DNA from: Monocercomonoides exilis PA203
Lineage: Eukaryota > Protista > Preaxostyla
DNA: 64,000 nucleotides
Direction of reading: 5' to 3'
Assembly (NCBI GenBank): GCA_001643675.2
Contig: LSRY02000063.1
Coordinates: forward strand, 1 to 64,000
Under the pieces are notes generated by a model, which searched no databases, was not told where the DNA came from, and saw only the letters and a program-made list of their open reading frames with translations. The position numbers were made by a program, and so were the translations under genes. The number at the start of each line of letters is the position of its first letter. The stretch's first letter is position 1. Positions 12,690 to 24,747 of this stretch are shown piece after piece.

Positions 12690-15600
12690 GGCTGGTAAAT
12701 GTCCTTTCGAATTTTACAAAAAAATGAAATTTCTCAATGAGTAATGAATCAAAATATTAAAACAAACTGCAAAAATATCTGCTGCAACTAGTTAAAAAGT
12801 GTTGTGTATGTGTTGAAATTCATTGGGGACTTTTTGTTGATTGGCAGCTTTTAACATTAAAAGTACCAACAAGTGAAAAAAGTCCCATTAAAAAGTTCAC
12901 TCAAATGATGCGCATGTGATAAAATGAAAAATAGCAAGTCTTCATTCGAAACAACAATAGCAAAGCTATTTTTTTGTGTTTTGTCAAACACTTAAATCGC
13001 TTCCATTTGAACAATCATTATCAAACTGTGAGTCACCAAAGGAAAACACATTCAACATTGAGATTATTGACACCGAAGAAACATCAAACAGAACCAAATA
13101 ATGATTCACTTTGAAGAGTGATGAAAAGGAACTGTTATCTGTGCTTTTGAAACAATTGGAAATGAAAATAGATCGTCTTTATTCATGTCTTTCAATTTCT
13201 TTTTTCAAACAAATAACACATCACCCACTTCATAATTGATGAATTAATTTTTCAGTGCATATTTTATATTCTTTTCCACTTTGCTATTTTGACATAAAAA
13301 CATTTAAAATCAAAATTTGTATGCTGAAAAAAAAATGAAAAAAATACTGGAAAAAAACTCAAAAAACGTTCTGAAAAAATTTACTAAAAATCAGGGGAAA
13401 GGGGCTGGTTTGGAGCTTAAAGTTGTTGGATGGAATGAATCGATTCAAAGGCTGAAGTCAAGCAGGAAGAATCAACAAAGGATAATATCCCATCAATAAA
13501 AGGTGATTATGAACATTGAACAAATATCTCATTTGAACATCAAATTCTTCTTGTGTGCTTGAAGGAACTTGCTGAAAAATACATAAAACTGAACAACACA
13601 AAGTTATTAGAAAAATATGAATTACAAACTTCAAATGAATAAAAAAGGATATTTCAATCAAAAACAAAAACAAAATCAAAAACAAAAACAAAAACAAAAA
13701 CAAAACAAAAATCAATAAAAAACGTGTCAGATGTGAAATGAAATCCTCATTTTTGAATGAAATGAATCAACTCCATCGAACAGAAATAAAAAAACAATCC
13801 TGAAAATGAATACAAAAATGAAATCACAACAAACACTCCTCGAACAACGAAAAATTTGGAAGAACAATAGCAAACTCACAAATCCATTCTCTATGAAACC
13901 AAACACTATAAATCTCAACAAATCACAAAACATCAACATGTCAGCCTTCAAATAGTTATTTTCTCAAACAAAACGTTCAACTTCATTTCTCCATCTCCTT
14001 CACAAATCCTTTTTTTCTGTTTGTTTCTCTTCCAATGTCTCGTCTCCACTTTCAACATCGCTCCTCACAACAATCCTCCTGTTCCGGTCGTAGATGCCAT
14101 CCGACATCGTCATGATCAACTTTCCTGCTGGAAAGTGGCTGACACACTCCCGCCTCACACTCTCCAGCTCGGCCCTGTCTTTCGCCTCCTGCCAAAGGCA
14201 CGCTTTCATCACTTCGCAAAAACTGCTCTCGCCCACAGCTGACAAGCACGGTCTCTCCCCATTCGCAATCTTCTGCTCTGCCACCTCCGCCTCATACTCC
14301 CCAAACGGGATCTGAAGCGTCAGGCACTCCCACAGCATCATCCCAATCGAAAACACAACTGATTCCTTTGTTGCCCCCATCTTCTTGTTGATCAGCAGCT
14401 CTGGTGCCTTCCACCTCAGACACTCTTTTTTGAAATCATTTTCATCCTCAAATGCTGATGAAGGAAGGGAATCATCCTCCTCATCATCACCACTTGTTGA
14501 CGTTACAACAGTTGTTGAAGAGATGGATGAGGAATCTGAATCATCTGATGAAAGGAGATCAGAATGCATAACAATGCAGATCACCATGTGCTCAGAGAAA
14601 AGAATAACGTGTGGGCTGAGATTGGCAAGAGAAGATAATCCATTTTCCATTTCATCAAAGGAGTGGAGTGCGAGATTGGCCACCCAGAACAGGATCTGTG
14701 CAGCTGTCTGCTCCCTCTCATTCAACGAGCCAATTGCCATCTCTTTCTTCTCGTTCTTTCCATGAAGCAGCATGAATAAAGAATCCCTTAAATCAACAAT
14801 CAATTTTTCATGAGGAGATGAGCATGCGATTGCATCCACCAGATTTGACATCGATGAGGTTGTCGGGCACAGATCTTCCCTTCGAACAAAAGAGGATTCT
14901 GTGTCTGAAGTGTCTGTGGATGAAGTGGATGAAATGGAAGGAGAAGGCGTTCTCTTTCTTGTCTCTTCTTCTTCTTCTTTTTCATCATCTTCAACCTTCT
15001 CGAGCATCCACTCTGGAATCCTGTCTGAATCTCTTCCAAGGATATATTCAGTTGATCCACTCTCACTCAATAAATGCTCCGATGACTCTGAATGTCCCAA
15101 GCTTTTTTCATATACTCTCTTCTTTATCCTCTCCTCATTCTTCTTCTCAGCTTCTCTTTCTGCCCTCCTCCATTGTGCCTCTGGAGACATCTCCATCGTC
15201 ACCATCTCAATCAGCTTTGGATCTTTTCTGATATTATCATTCACAATCTCTCTCAAATCTTTATTCTCATTCTTTGCTTTCCTCCATCGAACAGCCAAAA
15301 CAACAGATACAATCAGAACTATCATCAGAATAACAACAAGCACAATCACAATCAACAACCAATAGGATTTTCCTTCTTTTCCTCCTTCAACAATCTTTTC
15401 ATCATCTTTTTGTTTTGCTTCACTTGCATTCTTCAGAATAAATGACTGAGTTGATGACGGAGATTCTGCATTCCCAAACAAAATGCACGCACTCACTTCT
15501 ATTTCATCTCCACAATTGCTGATGAGATCTTTTCCCACACTCCCTTCAACTTCTCTTTCTGACAAGAACCCATTTGAGTCAAAATTATGCTTTTCAATCT

Positions 15601-18600
15601 CTTTCTCTTCTCCTTTTCTCTTCACAACTGAGAATGACAGATTGCATGGAACAAGAAGCATTCCTTTGATTGTCAGCTTCATTCTGTCTGTCTCTTCTTT
15701 TGCTTCCACACTCTCCAACACAGGAATAAAGAATGATGAATCTCTCTCAGAAACAATCCCTTCAAAACTGCACCATTCATTCAACATCCAAAGTGATGTG
15801 TTTGGTAAAACTCCATCTCCTCCTTTCAAACTCACCACATTCAATGTTCCTGAATCTGAACAGATGATATTTCTTCTCATTGATGGATATCCTTCAATCG
15901 ATGGATTATTGCTTGAGAAATTCCCTGCTTCAATCAAAACGCTTCCTCCACTCATTGTTATTCCCCCATCAGGTGAATTCATGATTGTTGAATCTTTCAT
16001 CAAAACAGAACTCTTCACAACACCAACAAGAGATCCTTTCCATCTGCACATCTCATCATCTCTTTCTCTCATCTCATTCACTTCCTTTCCTTCTTCCTCA
16101 CCTTCTTCTTCTCCATCAAACAAGCATGATCCAATCAGCACATCCACACACTCACAAATCTCCACCATTCTCCCTCTTTCATTTGTGCCCTGGCATTGAG
16201 CAAATGAACAGTTCAGCACACTCATTCTCTTTTCGGCTCCTTCCATCTTCATCAAACTCTCATTCCCACAAACTGAGTTATTCTCAAAATTCACTTCCTT
16301 CATCTCCATATCAACCTTCCCTCCAACACAAATCAAACCACATTCACTCATCACATCCCAAACTCCAATCTCACTCATCGAAACCTTTCCCTCTTTGGTG
16401 AACTTGAGAAGTGGTGCTGTGGTGTGAATCCCATCAAATGTTGTTTCTGTCATCTTCAGCTCTCCATGCTCAACACTCACAATCCTGCTCTTCATCACCA
16501 GATCCATCGTTGCTGAGCTGAACCTGCACTCCGAAATCTCCAATCTCCCATCCTTCTCTTTCACAATGCTTTCCCCATCCCACCCAAACATCTCCCCAAA
16601 CACAAATCCACATCTCTCCACAACACACTCATCAACAAACACAATCACACTTCCTCCATTCATTTCATCTTCTTCAATCATTGTGTTCAAATGAATGGTT
16701 GCCTGCACTCTCTTCAATGATTTCACATTCAAATCTCCAATCTCACACACTCCCCCAATCAGACATTCTCCATCAATCAGAATCATGTTCGCAACACTCT
16801 TTTCAATGTGCCGAACTCCACAGTTAATGCTTTGGCATGGCTTATCCTGTGCCCCACACTGTCTGCTGTCATTTCCATTCACGCTCAAAAACACCTGCAC
16901 CGAATAACAGAATGTGATCAATGGAATCAGATCAACATCAACCTTGTCAACGTCATCCCTCCCACAAATCGAGTTGTTCGACTTCAAAGCATCCTGGCTG
17001 AAGTCCAGAACAAACAGCGTTTCATTCACCTGCCCTGCAATCGAATAGCACTTGATGAACACATCCTTCCCCACAAATGCCTCATTCATCACAAATCGGA
17101 TGTTTTCCAGTCTCACCCCAAGGGCTGCCATTTCCTTTACAACAGATTCAGCATTCGGATCAACTGCATCAATCATCATCCCTCCTCCTCTCCCATCCAC
17201 TGTCGAGCATTCACACATCACAAACGAGCATCCTCTCACTTTCAATTCTGATTCCCCACTCTTCAGACACACTTTCACCCCTCCCCCTTCCTCGCTCCTC
17301 TCACTCACACACTTCGTCAGCACACACCTTTCCATCACACACTCCACACCAACCCCGAACGAATCCACACTCACAACACATGCTCCATTCTCTCCACATG
17401 AAATGTTTGCGAATGTCGACTCATTCACTCTCACAACTGTGTTCGTGCTTCCCACTTCTCTTTTCGTGAATTGGAAATTGTGTGATCTCTCAGTCAGCGT
17501 GATCAGGCTTCCCCCTGATATTGTTGTGTTCAATATCGACACATTCACCACTGAAATCACTTCCACTTCTGCTCCAAACTCCACAAACCCTTTCGCCACA
17601 CTCAACTCAGAAAGCGTCAAATCCACAATTGCAACACTTCCTCCATCCACTCTCGCAACACAATACTTCATCTCTCTCCTTTCCTCAGAACAATCAATCG
17701 AACAGCTCACAACTGAAAGCATTGCAGAGGAAGACGATGATTGAATGAATGATGAATGCCTCCCCAATTCATTTGACAAAGAAAATGATATGTTCTTGAA
17801 TGAAAGATGAACATTCGAAACAACCATCGATTCACCTTCTCCATTTCCATCCATTTCTCTCACTTTCAAAACTGTCCCTTTCTTTTCTCCTTCGATCGTC
17901 ACAATGGGAGTTTCTGTCAATGAAGGAGCTGATGGAAATGATATTCCTTTGTTGAGTGCTCCTGTTCCAACAATGTTGATGTGTGATTCCCCTTCTCCAA
18001 GTGGTTCATATCTCAGTGATATCAAGTGCTCAATCGATGAACATGGTGCTTCTGAATATCCACACCCACTGAAGTCTCTTCCTCCCTCCTTCGAAACAAA
18101 CCCATTCCCACTCCAGTTGCTCCACAAATACACAACCAATGGAATTACATATTCCTCATTTGTGCTCACTCTCTCCCATCCACACAGCTCATCAAACGAT
18201 CTCAACTCCTCTGAACTCATCTCCCATTTGAAATGATCCTTGTTCACAACCTCACTCAGATTCCATCCTGAAACAAACACATTCTTCCCTTTCCAGGCAT
18301 TGCATCCCTCAAATATCATTCCTTCAAGCACAAATGATCCCATTTGATGGGGAAGTTCAGCAAACATCCCTCCTCCCAATCCTCTTCCTCCCTCTTCGCT
18401 ATCCTCTGATGGCACTTCACATTCAGATAAATTCACATTATTCATTTCCAAGCTCCCTCCATTCCCCACCGATATCATCATCCCTCCTCCTTTCATCTCA
18501 CTTCCACCTGAACATCTTGATGATAAATTGCTTTCTTCAATACAAACACTTCCCCCTTCTTCATTCATCCCCACATTCAAACATCCTCCTCCTCCATTTC

Positions 18601-21600
18601 CACCTGCAACTTCCACCTCCACTCCACTCACTCTGCTCTTCAAAATCTCCAATTTCACTCCATCACTCATTGATATTGGTGATTTCCCATTCATCGTCAC
18701 TGACCCTTCCATCACAAATCCATTCATAATTAATTCTCCTCCCTCAATCCTTATCACATTATATCCTATCTTTCCATCAGTCAATGCCCCACTTTCAAAT
18801 GAGACTGAACAGTTCGTCACACTGAGTGTTGATGTAGAATGAATGAATGCTTTTCTCCTTGGATCCAACTGACCTTTCACAACAAATGAAAGTCTGCTCA
18901 TTGTCAGTGAACTCGAACATCCAACAAGCCATTCTTGTGTGGCTGATCCTCCATCACTCACATTCACCTGTATTTTCTCCTCCTCTTCCAAAGATTCTAT
19001 TCTGCCTGAAATTATAACACCAAATGATGGTCCTGTTATTTCCTTCGTTATTGACGAAGATGAGATAATCTCTATTTCTTTTGAACTTTCACTCAATCTT
19101 GAGTTCGCACAATAATCAACTGTCAAACACCCAAACCCTTCAAATCCACAATGATCGTGATCCTTCCCATTCCCTCCACTCCCATCAACAATCATAGTTG
19201 TCCCCATTGTGCACAAATACACAAACAGTGGAATCACTTCACTTTCATCTCCATTTTCACTCCCACTCAACCTAAACACATCTGATGGAATTTCACTTGT
19301 ATCAAAAAAGGCAAATGAAGTTGCATTTATTTTTGATTCTAACAGCACACCATCCCCACAATGAACACACACATCCTTCCCGTATGAGGCCATATTCTCC
19401 TTCACTTTCGAAAACTCAACATTCCCTCCAATTGTCAATCCACATTCCCCATTCTCCATCCCCACAAATAATCCTCCTCCTCTCCCTCCGTTTCCTCCAT
19501 TACTCCCTGCCTTGCATCCATCAATCACACTTGTTCCACTCGCTACCACATTCCCACTTCCCTGCAATCCAACATACATTCCTCCTCCATTTCCCTCCTC
19601 ACACTCACAATCCTCAATTGTTATGTTGCTCACCACAAATGTCTCTTCTGACTTCACACTCTTTGCCACCACAACTCCATCTCCAATCTTCAACTTCACA
19701 TTCCGAAGTGTCACATTTGACAAAACACTTTCTTCTGATGAATGTTCTGGCTCAGAAAACAATGGTTTTGAGATATTCATATCTTTGATCTCCACACCAA
19801 CCATCGACAGCTGCGATAGTGGAACCACAAACACTGATGATGATATCACATATTCTCCTGTATTACTCGTGGTGATCACAACATCCTCCAATGAGAGTGA
19901 CCCGCTTCCTTCAGACACAACAGCCACACTCGGCGAAGAAGGATTTGTTGTTGAGTTACAATCAATCTTCAAGTGCATCAAACGAAGACGGCCACTTGTC
20001 ACACTGAACAGAGAAATCGAAGTTGATGAAAGTGCTCCTGTTCCAATCGAACTCCTCTCTTTGCCTGTCCCAACAACAGAAATCTTCTTTGTCCCAATCT
20101 CAATTGTTGTTGTTTCGCTTTTGTGATCTCCTTCCATTGGGATGACAATCAATCTTGTCTGTGTCCTGCTTTGATGAACGGCAACGCCAATGGTTCTGCA
20201 TGCACTTGACTCATCCAATCCACACAGATCATCTTCGCCACCACCACTCGCAGCCACAAACCGATTGAGAATCCCTCTCTTCATCCAATCCTTTTTTTCT
20301 GTGTGCTTGTGGTTCCAATTAGTGCCATCATAGTGTTCATAAAATAATCTTTTATCATCAATGCTTGTGGAATAGCACTCGTAAAATGGATTTCCAGAAT
20401 CCAAAAAGTGTTTGTAATAATCTGTATATTCAACGTCATGTCCAAATGGTGGATCAGCCAAGCATTTGCATTCATGGAAGAACAAGAAATAACAATAAAC
20501 TCCATCATCAGGTGGTGTTGGCCTGTTCGGAAATAGTCTCATTCCGCCTCCAATTGAATTTGCTGAACATGAAATAAACTGAATGTTCCTCATTTTGAAT
20601 GCAGCAGGAACATTATAGCAATATAGCCCTCCACCCCATGTATCAGTTATTGAACATGTTGCGAAACAGCAGTCAAACATACATGAGCTCCCTCCTTCTC
20701 CATCTTCTCCCCCAATGCACCCTGATCCAGATACACCAAAATTATCCAATCTCAACCCTCCCCCATCGAAGCGAGCTTTGCATATTTGGAATTTGCACCC
20801 ACAGATAAGGGTACATGAACTTATTTGGTAAGTATATACCCCTCCCCCACCATAGTTTTGTGCTGTGCACGAATTGAACACACTGCTCACCAGCTCGATC
20901 GATTTGATTGAATGGCACATGATAGCTCCTCCATGGAAGTGTGCGGTGCAATCATTGAATGCACAATTCGAAACTGAAAGTTCTCCAGAATTGAGATTAT
21001 ACATGCAGATTGCCCCGCCACTAGATTCTCCATCAGTATACGAATCACTTTCTCCAGTTGTATTCGATCCACTCCATTCACACCAAGTGAATATATTTCC
21101 TCCATCAGTTGTTTCGTTCTGTCTCCCTGGATGCTGTTTAGCATCTTTCGACCCGATGAATTCAACGTTCATTGTCCGACAACAGCAAGTAAACGAGGTG
21201 TTTGAGGCAGTCAGAGAGGCAAAGGGGTTGTTGAGAGAGGGGACAATCCCTCCATCATACACATCACAGACTGATGAAAAGGAGCAACTGTTCATCAAAC
21301 ATGTGGTTTGTGAAAATGCAGTTGTTGGAGATGGACATGCATCAGGTGCTGTTGAAATGTTGAAAAAAGTGAGTTGTGAGAGAGATACAAGAGGAATAGA
21401 GGGTGAAGAGATGAATGGGGCCGAAGACACACAAAAAGAGGAGAAATGAGAGGAACAAACTGAAACATGACATTTTTCTGAATGAACCCCTTCAAATGGT
21501 TTTGAAGAGAAGAGAGATGGGCATTTCTGAAAATGTGAATTCAAAGGGAATCGGAGAGATATGTTGGTGAGCAGCCCACAACTTCCACTCAAACAAAATG

Positions 21601-24430
21601 GTGGCATTTCTCCTCCAATCTCTATCTTGCATCTGCTCACTTCGACGAAACATCCTTTCACTGCATTCAATACACTTTGACCTTCATTTGGCACCAGTCC
21701 CAGGGAGTGGAGTTTTATTGAAGAATTGGCAAACATCAAACACCCTTCAATCCAACTTTCTCCCTCAAATCTTTGTTGTTTCCTCATTTTTCGTTCATCA
21801 GACACGTTTGTTCCTCGAGCCATTTCATTTGGGCTGGCTTCTCCGAATTTGAGTTTTTCGTCCTTCTCTTCTTTTGAATCTCCATCCTTCCTTTTTTCAT
21901 ATTTCTTCGTTATTTTCGTTCCACCTTCTCTTCCATCGTTGTTTGTTTCCAATCCAATTTTATTGGCAAAAACGTCCTCTTGAAAGATGTCCGACAAATT
22001 TCTCTCGAGATAATCATCAATTCTTTCTTTCTTGTATTCCCCCATCTGACATATTTCTTCATTTGCAGCACCATTGCACATGCACCGAAAATATATTATG
22101 CAGACAAAACAGCATATTCCCGACAGCATTGAACCCTGCACCCAAGTGGAATCTCCTTTTCTTTTTTTCCTGAATTCCTTTTTTTAATATGGGTTATAAA
22201 CTTTGAAAAATATTCATTTCAAAAGAAAAATTGTATTTTTATTTGAAGTTGCATTTATGTCAATATTTTTCAAAAGAATAAAAATTTTCATATTGATCAT
22301 ATGAATAATATTAATTGAGAATACAACAATTTTGATATGTTGAGTTTTCATTTATCAACAAGTGTGCAGCGACAAAATGTGGTTTCTATGATGTTGCATT
22401 TTATTTAGAATCATCTGAGAGAGATTTACTTGCGCATTCAAATTTAACAATTGGTCAGTGGTTGTTCTTCAAAACATTTGTTTGTTCGAAGAATTAAAGA
22501 GCTTTTGGAGAAATATTCACAATTTCACATCGCAGCGTGATATTTTAAATTAATTGAGAATTTGTATTTTTGAACTTTCAAACATCAGAAACAATGATTG
22601 ATTTCTGAATTGAAGTTTGAAAAGCGAATCCTGGCCGAAATGAACATTTTCAATCAAAGACATGATCCACACAGGATTTATTTATTCATTTGTGTGCATT
22701 TCGCATTTTATGAATCGTGGATGCATTTTGCATGCTTTGAGCAGAAAAAGATGCAATTTCAGTCAAAAGAAATTTGCCAAGGGCTGAAACACTTGAAAAT
22801 GGACATTTTCAGCAAAAGCAAAGATAATATTGGAAGAGAGGGGTTTTGAATAAAATGTTTGCCAAATTTTTATTTTTTCGAACAATTTCAAGAAAACAAA
22901 ACCATTTGTTTGATTATTAATTGGAATGGAAATCCACATCTGCTTTTATCTATTTTCATATTTTTAATTTCAATAGAACAATTCTAGAACAATGGACAAC
23001 GTCTCATGCGCCTTGTTTCTGGCTGATTTTCTTGACAAATTGCTTTTGGTGAAAGAGGCAAAGGAAGAAAAATGAGCAGATGAATGCCAGGAGCTTTGGA
23101 AAAGTGGAGAAATGAAGTGAGATGGAAGATGGATGAATGATATTTTTTCTTTTTGGTGGAAGCGATGGAGAAATGCGTTGGGCGTGAAGGACGATTTGGG
23201 ATTGGATTGCTGTTGAAGTGAAGAAAGAACAAAAATTGTGCTGGTGATTGCACAATGAAGGCATCAGATGGAAACTTGAAATGGAAGTGACTTCATTTCC
23301 ATTTCAAGTTCTATTTGTGTGGGTCAGCATTGAATGAGAATGCTTGGAAGCAGCAGGAGTGAAAAGGGTTATGAGCGAATTTTTGTGAGGATGATTGAGA
23401 GAGAGAGAGAGAGAGAGAAATGCAAAGCAGAGGAAAAAGAGAATCAACCACAGCAGCAGAAGGAGATTTGGATGCACAAATCGTCATATTCACAGGTGCA
23501 ACAAAAATTTCATTCGGAACATGAAAAAAAGGAATAATGAGCTGTCGAAGAATAAAATTGATGTGCAAAGATTTTTTTTCTTCTTCAACACAACAGTCTC
23601 CAAACACCCCTCAAACATCATCAACTCCTTCCTCACAATCTTCACTAATTGCTTTGGAAGAGCATGAAAAACACAAAGTGGGTGGACTATCTTCTGCCAC
23701 TGTTGATTTTAAGCCACCTTTCACTTCTTCCTCTCTTGTGAATTCTGGGAGGAAAATCAATTCAACTTGTGGTGATTGAGCAGCAGAGAAGAAGAAGAAG
23801 AAGAAGAGAAAGGGAAAGAATCAGAATATTCTTTATGCATTGGCAATATGTTCTGTCATTGTTGTCAATTTTGTTCTTCTCCAACTTCATCGTCTTCTTC
23901 TTTTCATCTATCTCTTTGTTTTTCTTCTTCGACAACTCCCTTCCATTTTCATCTGTTTTGTTCTTCAATCTTCTTTGTTTCATCTATCTTTCTTGCCTTC
24001 GCTGAATTGGATGGACACGGAATCCGATTGGACGAGCAGCCAATCTGGATCTGACTTTTCTGACTCTTTTGCGAGAAAAGCAAAGAAGCAAGACAAGAGA
24101 AATGTCACTCTCTTCGTTGGTCTCTCATGCACCTTCGATTCTTTTTTGTTATTTTCATCATCATCTCCTTCATCTTCAGCAACAATCACTTATTCTCAAA
24201 TAGACAAAAGCACACAGATCAACCAGTTCTGCTTTTGTATCTTGTTTGAAGGATATTGTTTCGTATGTATCGCTCTTCTGCTATGTCTCTTTTTTAATTT
24301 CCACTCACTCAACATGCTTTCAAATCATCTGTTTATAATATTTTTATATTATTATTATTATTATTATTTGCTTTTTATTCATTTATTTAACGAAAAAAGT
24401 GGGAACACCAAAAGTAACCTTTTGCCGAAC
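12690..24430. repeat. Right arm of giant inverted duplication
   Basis: Reverse complement of 1-11719, differing mostly in homopolymer lengths plus a handful of substitutions. Confidence 0.97.
14000..22129 (-). CDS. ~2709-aa type I membrane protein: signal peptide, Gly/Cys-rich parallel beta-helix-like ectodomain, TM helix, degenerate tyrosine-kinase-like C-terminal domain
   Basis: Uninterrupted ORF with first ATG at 22129 (MLSGICCFVCIIYF). Repeated FxxCxA..GGAI/GGG motifs and DxxxCGxxxxPCxSI modules; TM YWLLIVIVLVVILMIVLIVSVVLAV followed by RWRK; kinase subdomain VIII-XI-like LRWKAPELL..ESVVFSIGMMLWECLTLQIPFGE. Confidence 0.9.
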   Translation of the reverse strand: MLSGICCFVCIIYFRCMCNGAANEEICQMGEYKKERIDDYLERNLSDIFQEDVFANKIGLETNNDGREGGTKITKKYEKRKDGDSKEEKDEKLKFGEASPNEMARGTNVSDERKMRKQQRFEGESWIEGCLMFANSSIKLHSLGLVPNEGQSVLNAVKGCFVEVSRCKIEIGGEMPPFCLSGSCGLLTNISLRFPLNSHFQKCPSLFSSKPFEGVHSEKCHVSVCSSHFSSFCVSSAPFISSPSIPLVSLSQLTFFNISTAPDACPSPTTAFSQTTCLMNSCSFSSVCDVYDGGIVPSLNNPFASLTASNTSFTCCCRTMNVEFIGSKDAKQHPGRQNETTDGGNIFTWCEWSGSNTTGESDSYTDGESSGGAICMYNLNSGELSVSNCAFNDCTAHFHGGAIMCHSIKSIELVSSVFNSCTAQNYGGGGVYTYQISSCTLICGCKFQICKARFDGGGLRLDNFGVSGSGCIGGEDGEGGSSCMFDCCFATCSITDTWGGGLYCYNVPAAFKMRNIQFISCSANSIGGGMRLFPNRPTPPDDGVYCYFLFFHECKCLADPPFGHDVEYTDYYKHFLDSGNPFYECYSTSIDDKRLFYEHYDGTNWNHKHTEKKDWMKRGILNRFVAASGGGEDDLCGLDESSACRTIGVAVHQSRTQTRLIVIPMEGDHKSETTTIEIGTKKISVVGTGKERSSIGTGALSSTSISLFSVTSGRLRLMHLKIDCNSTTNPSSPSVAVVSEGSGSLSLEDVVITTSNTGEYVISSSVFVVPLSQLSMVGVEIKDMNISKPLFSEPEHSSEESVLSNVTLRNVKLKIGDGVVVAKSVKSEETFVVSNITIEDCECEEGNGGGMYVGLQGSGNVVASGTSVIDGCKAGSNGGNGGRGGGLFVGMENGECGLTIGGNVEFSKVKENMASYGKDVCVHCGDGVLLESKINATSFAFFDTSEIPSDVFRLSGSENGDESEVIPLFVYLCTMGTTMIVDGSGGNGKDHDHCGFEGFGCLTVDYCANSRLSESSKEIEIISSSSITKEITGPSFGVIISGRIESLEEEEKIQVNVSDGGSATQEWLVGCSSSLTMSRLSFVVKGQLDPRRKAFIHSTSTLSVTNCSVSFESGALTDGKIGYNVIRIEGGELIMNGFVMEGSVTMNGKSPISMSDGVKLEILKSRVSGVEVEVAGGNGGGGCLNVGMNEEGGSVCIEESNLSSRCSGGSEMKGGGMMISVGNGGSLEMNNVNLSECEVPSEDSEEGGRGLGGGMFAELPHQMGSFVLEGMIFEGCNAWKGKNVFVSGWNLSEVVNKDHFKWEMSSEELRSFDELCGWERVSTNEEYVIPLVVYLWSNWSGNGFVSKEGGRDFSGCGYSEAPCSSIEHLISLRYEPLGEGESHINIVGTGALNKGISFPSAPSLTETPIVTIEGEKKGTVLKVREMDGNGEGESMVVSNVHLSFKNISFSLSNELGRHSSFIQSSSSSAMLSVVSCSIDCSEERREMKYCVARVDGGSVAIVDLTLSELSVAKGFVEFGAEVEVISVVNVSILNTTISGGSLITLTERSHNFQFTKREVGSTNTVVRVNESTFANISCGENGACVVSVDSFGVGVECVMERCVLTKCVSERSEEGGGVKVCLKSGESELKVRGCSFVMCECSTVDGRGGGMMIDAVDPNAESVVKEMAALGVRLENIRFVMNEAFVGKDVFIKCYSIAGQVNETLFVLDFSQDALKSNNSICGRDDVDKVDVDLIPLITFCYSVQVFLSVNGNDSRQCGAQDKPCQSINCGVRHIEKSVANMILIDGECLIGGVCEIGDLNVKSLKRVQATIHLNTMIEEDEMNGGSVIVFVDECVVERCGFVFGEMFGWDGESIVKEKDGRLEISECRFSSATMDLVMKSRIVSVEHGELKMTETTFDGIHTTAPLLKFTKEGKVSMSEIGVWDVMSECGLICVGGKVDMEMKEVNFENNSVCGNESLMKMEGAEKRMSVLNCSFAQCQGTNERGRMVEICECVDVLIGSCLFDGEEEGEEEGKEVNEMRERDDEMCRWKGSLVGVVKSSVLMKDSTIMNSPDGGITMSGGSVLIEAGNFSSNNPSIEGYPSMRRNIICSDSGTLNVVSLKGGDGVLPNTSLWMLNEWCSFEGIVSERDSSFFIPVLESVEAKEETDRMKLTIKGMLLVPCNLSFSVVKRKGEEKEIEKHNFDSNGFLSEREVEGSVGKDLISNCGDEIEVSACILFGNAESPSSTQSFILKNASEAKQKDDEKIVEGGKEGKSYWLLIVIVLVVILMIVLIVSVVLAVRWRKAKNENKDLREIVNDNIRKDPKLIEMVTMEMSPEAQWRRAEREAEKKNEERIKKRVYEKSLGHSESSEHLLSESGSTEYILGRDSDRIPEWMLEKVEDDEKEEEEETRKRTPSPSISSTSSTDTSDTESSFVRREDLCPTTSSMSNLVDAIACSSPHEKLIVDLRDSLFMLLHGKNEKKEMAIGSLNEREQTAAQILFWVANLALHSFDEMENGLSSLANLSPHVILFSEHMVICIVMHSDLLSSDDSDSSSISSTTVVTSTSGDDEEDDSLPSSAFEDENDFKKECLRWKAPELLINKKMGATKESVVFSIGMMLWECLTLQIPFGEYEAEVAEQKIANGERPCLSAVGESSFCEVMKACLWQEAKDRAELESVRRECVSHFPAGKLIMTMSDGIYDRNRRIVVRSDVESGDETLEEKQTEKKDL

Positions 24431-24747
24431 TCTTAAATTTTTAATATAAATTATAATTGTTTTATTGCACGTGTAGATAAAATGCAATGTGGTTATAACC
24501 AGTTTGCAGTTTGGGAATAAACTAATTTTTGAAATTCTTTTTATTTTTCTTATTTTTCTTATTTGATGCAAATTTGTACCAGCATTAATAGTTTATAATT
24601 TTATTTATTACTCATATGCTGTGATGCTCAATTCTTTTCTTTTCCTTATTGATTGGAACTTAATATAAAAGCAAAGATTATTAACATTTGAAACTTATAA
24701 TTTAAAAAAAAAGTGAAATGAATTTTTTTTTTTGAAGAAATGAGCCC

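Noticed and set aside
14021-21449. Ser/Pro/Thr/His-rich + strand ORFs
   Set aside because: Antisense shadows of the purine-rich receptor gene.
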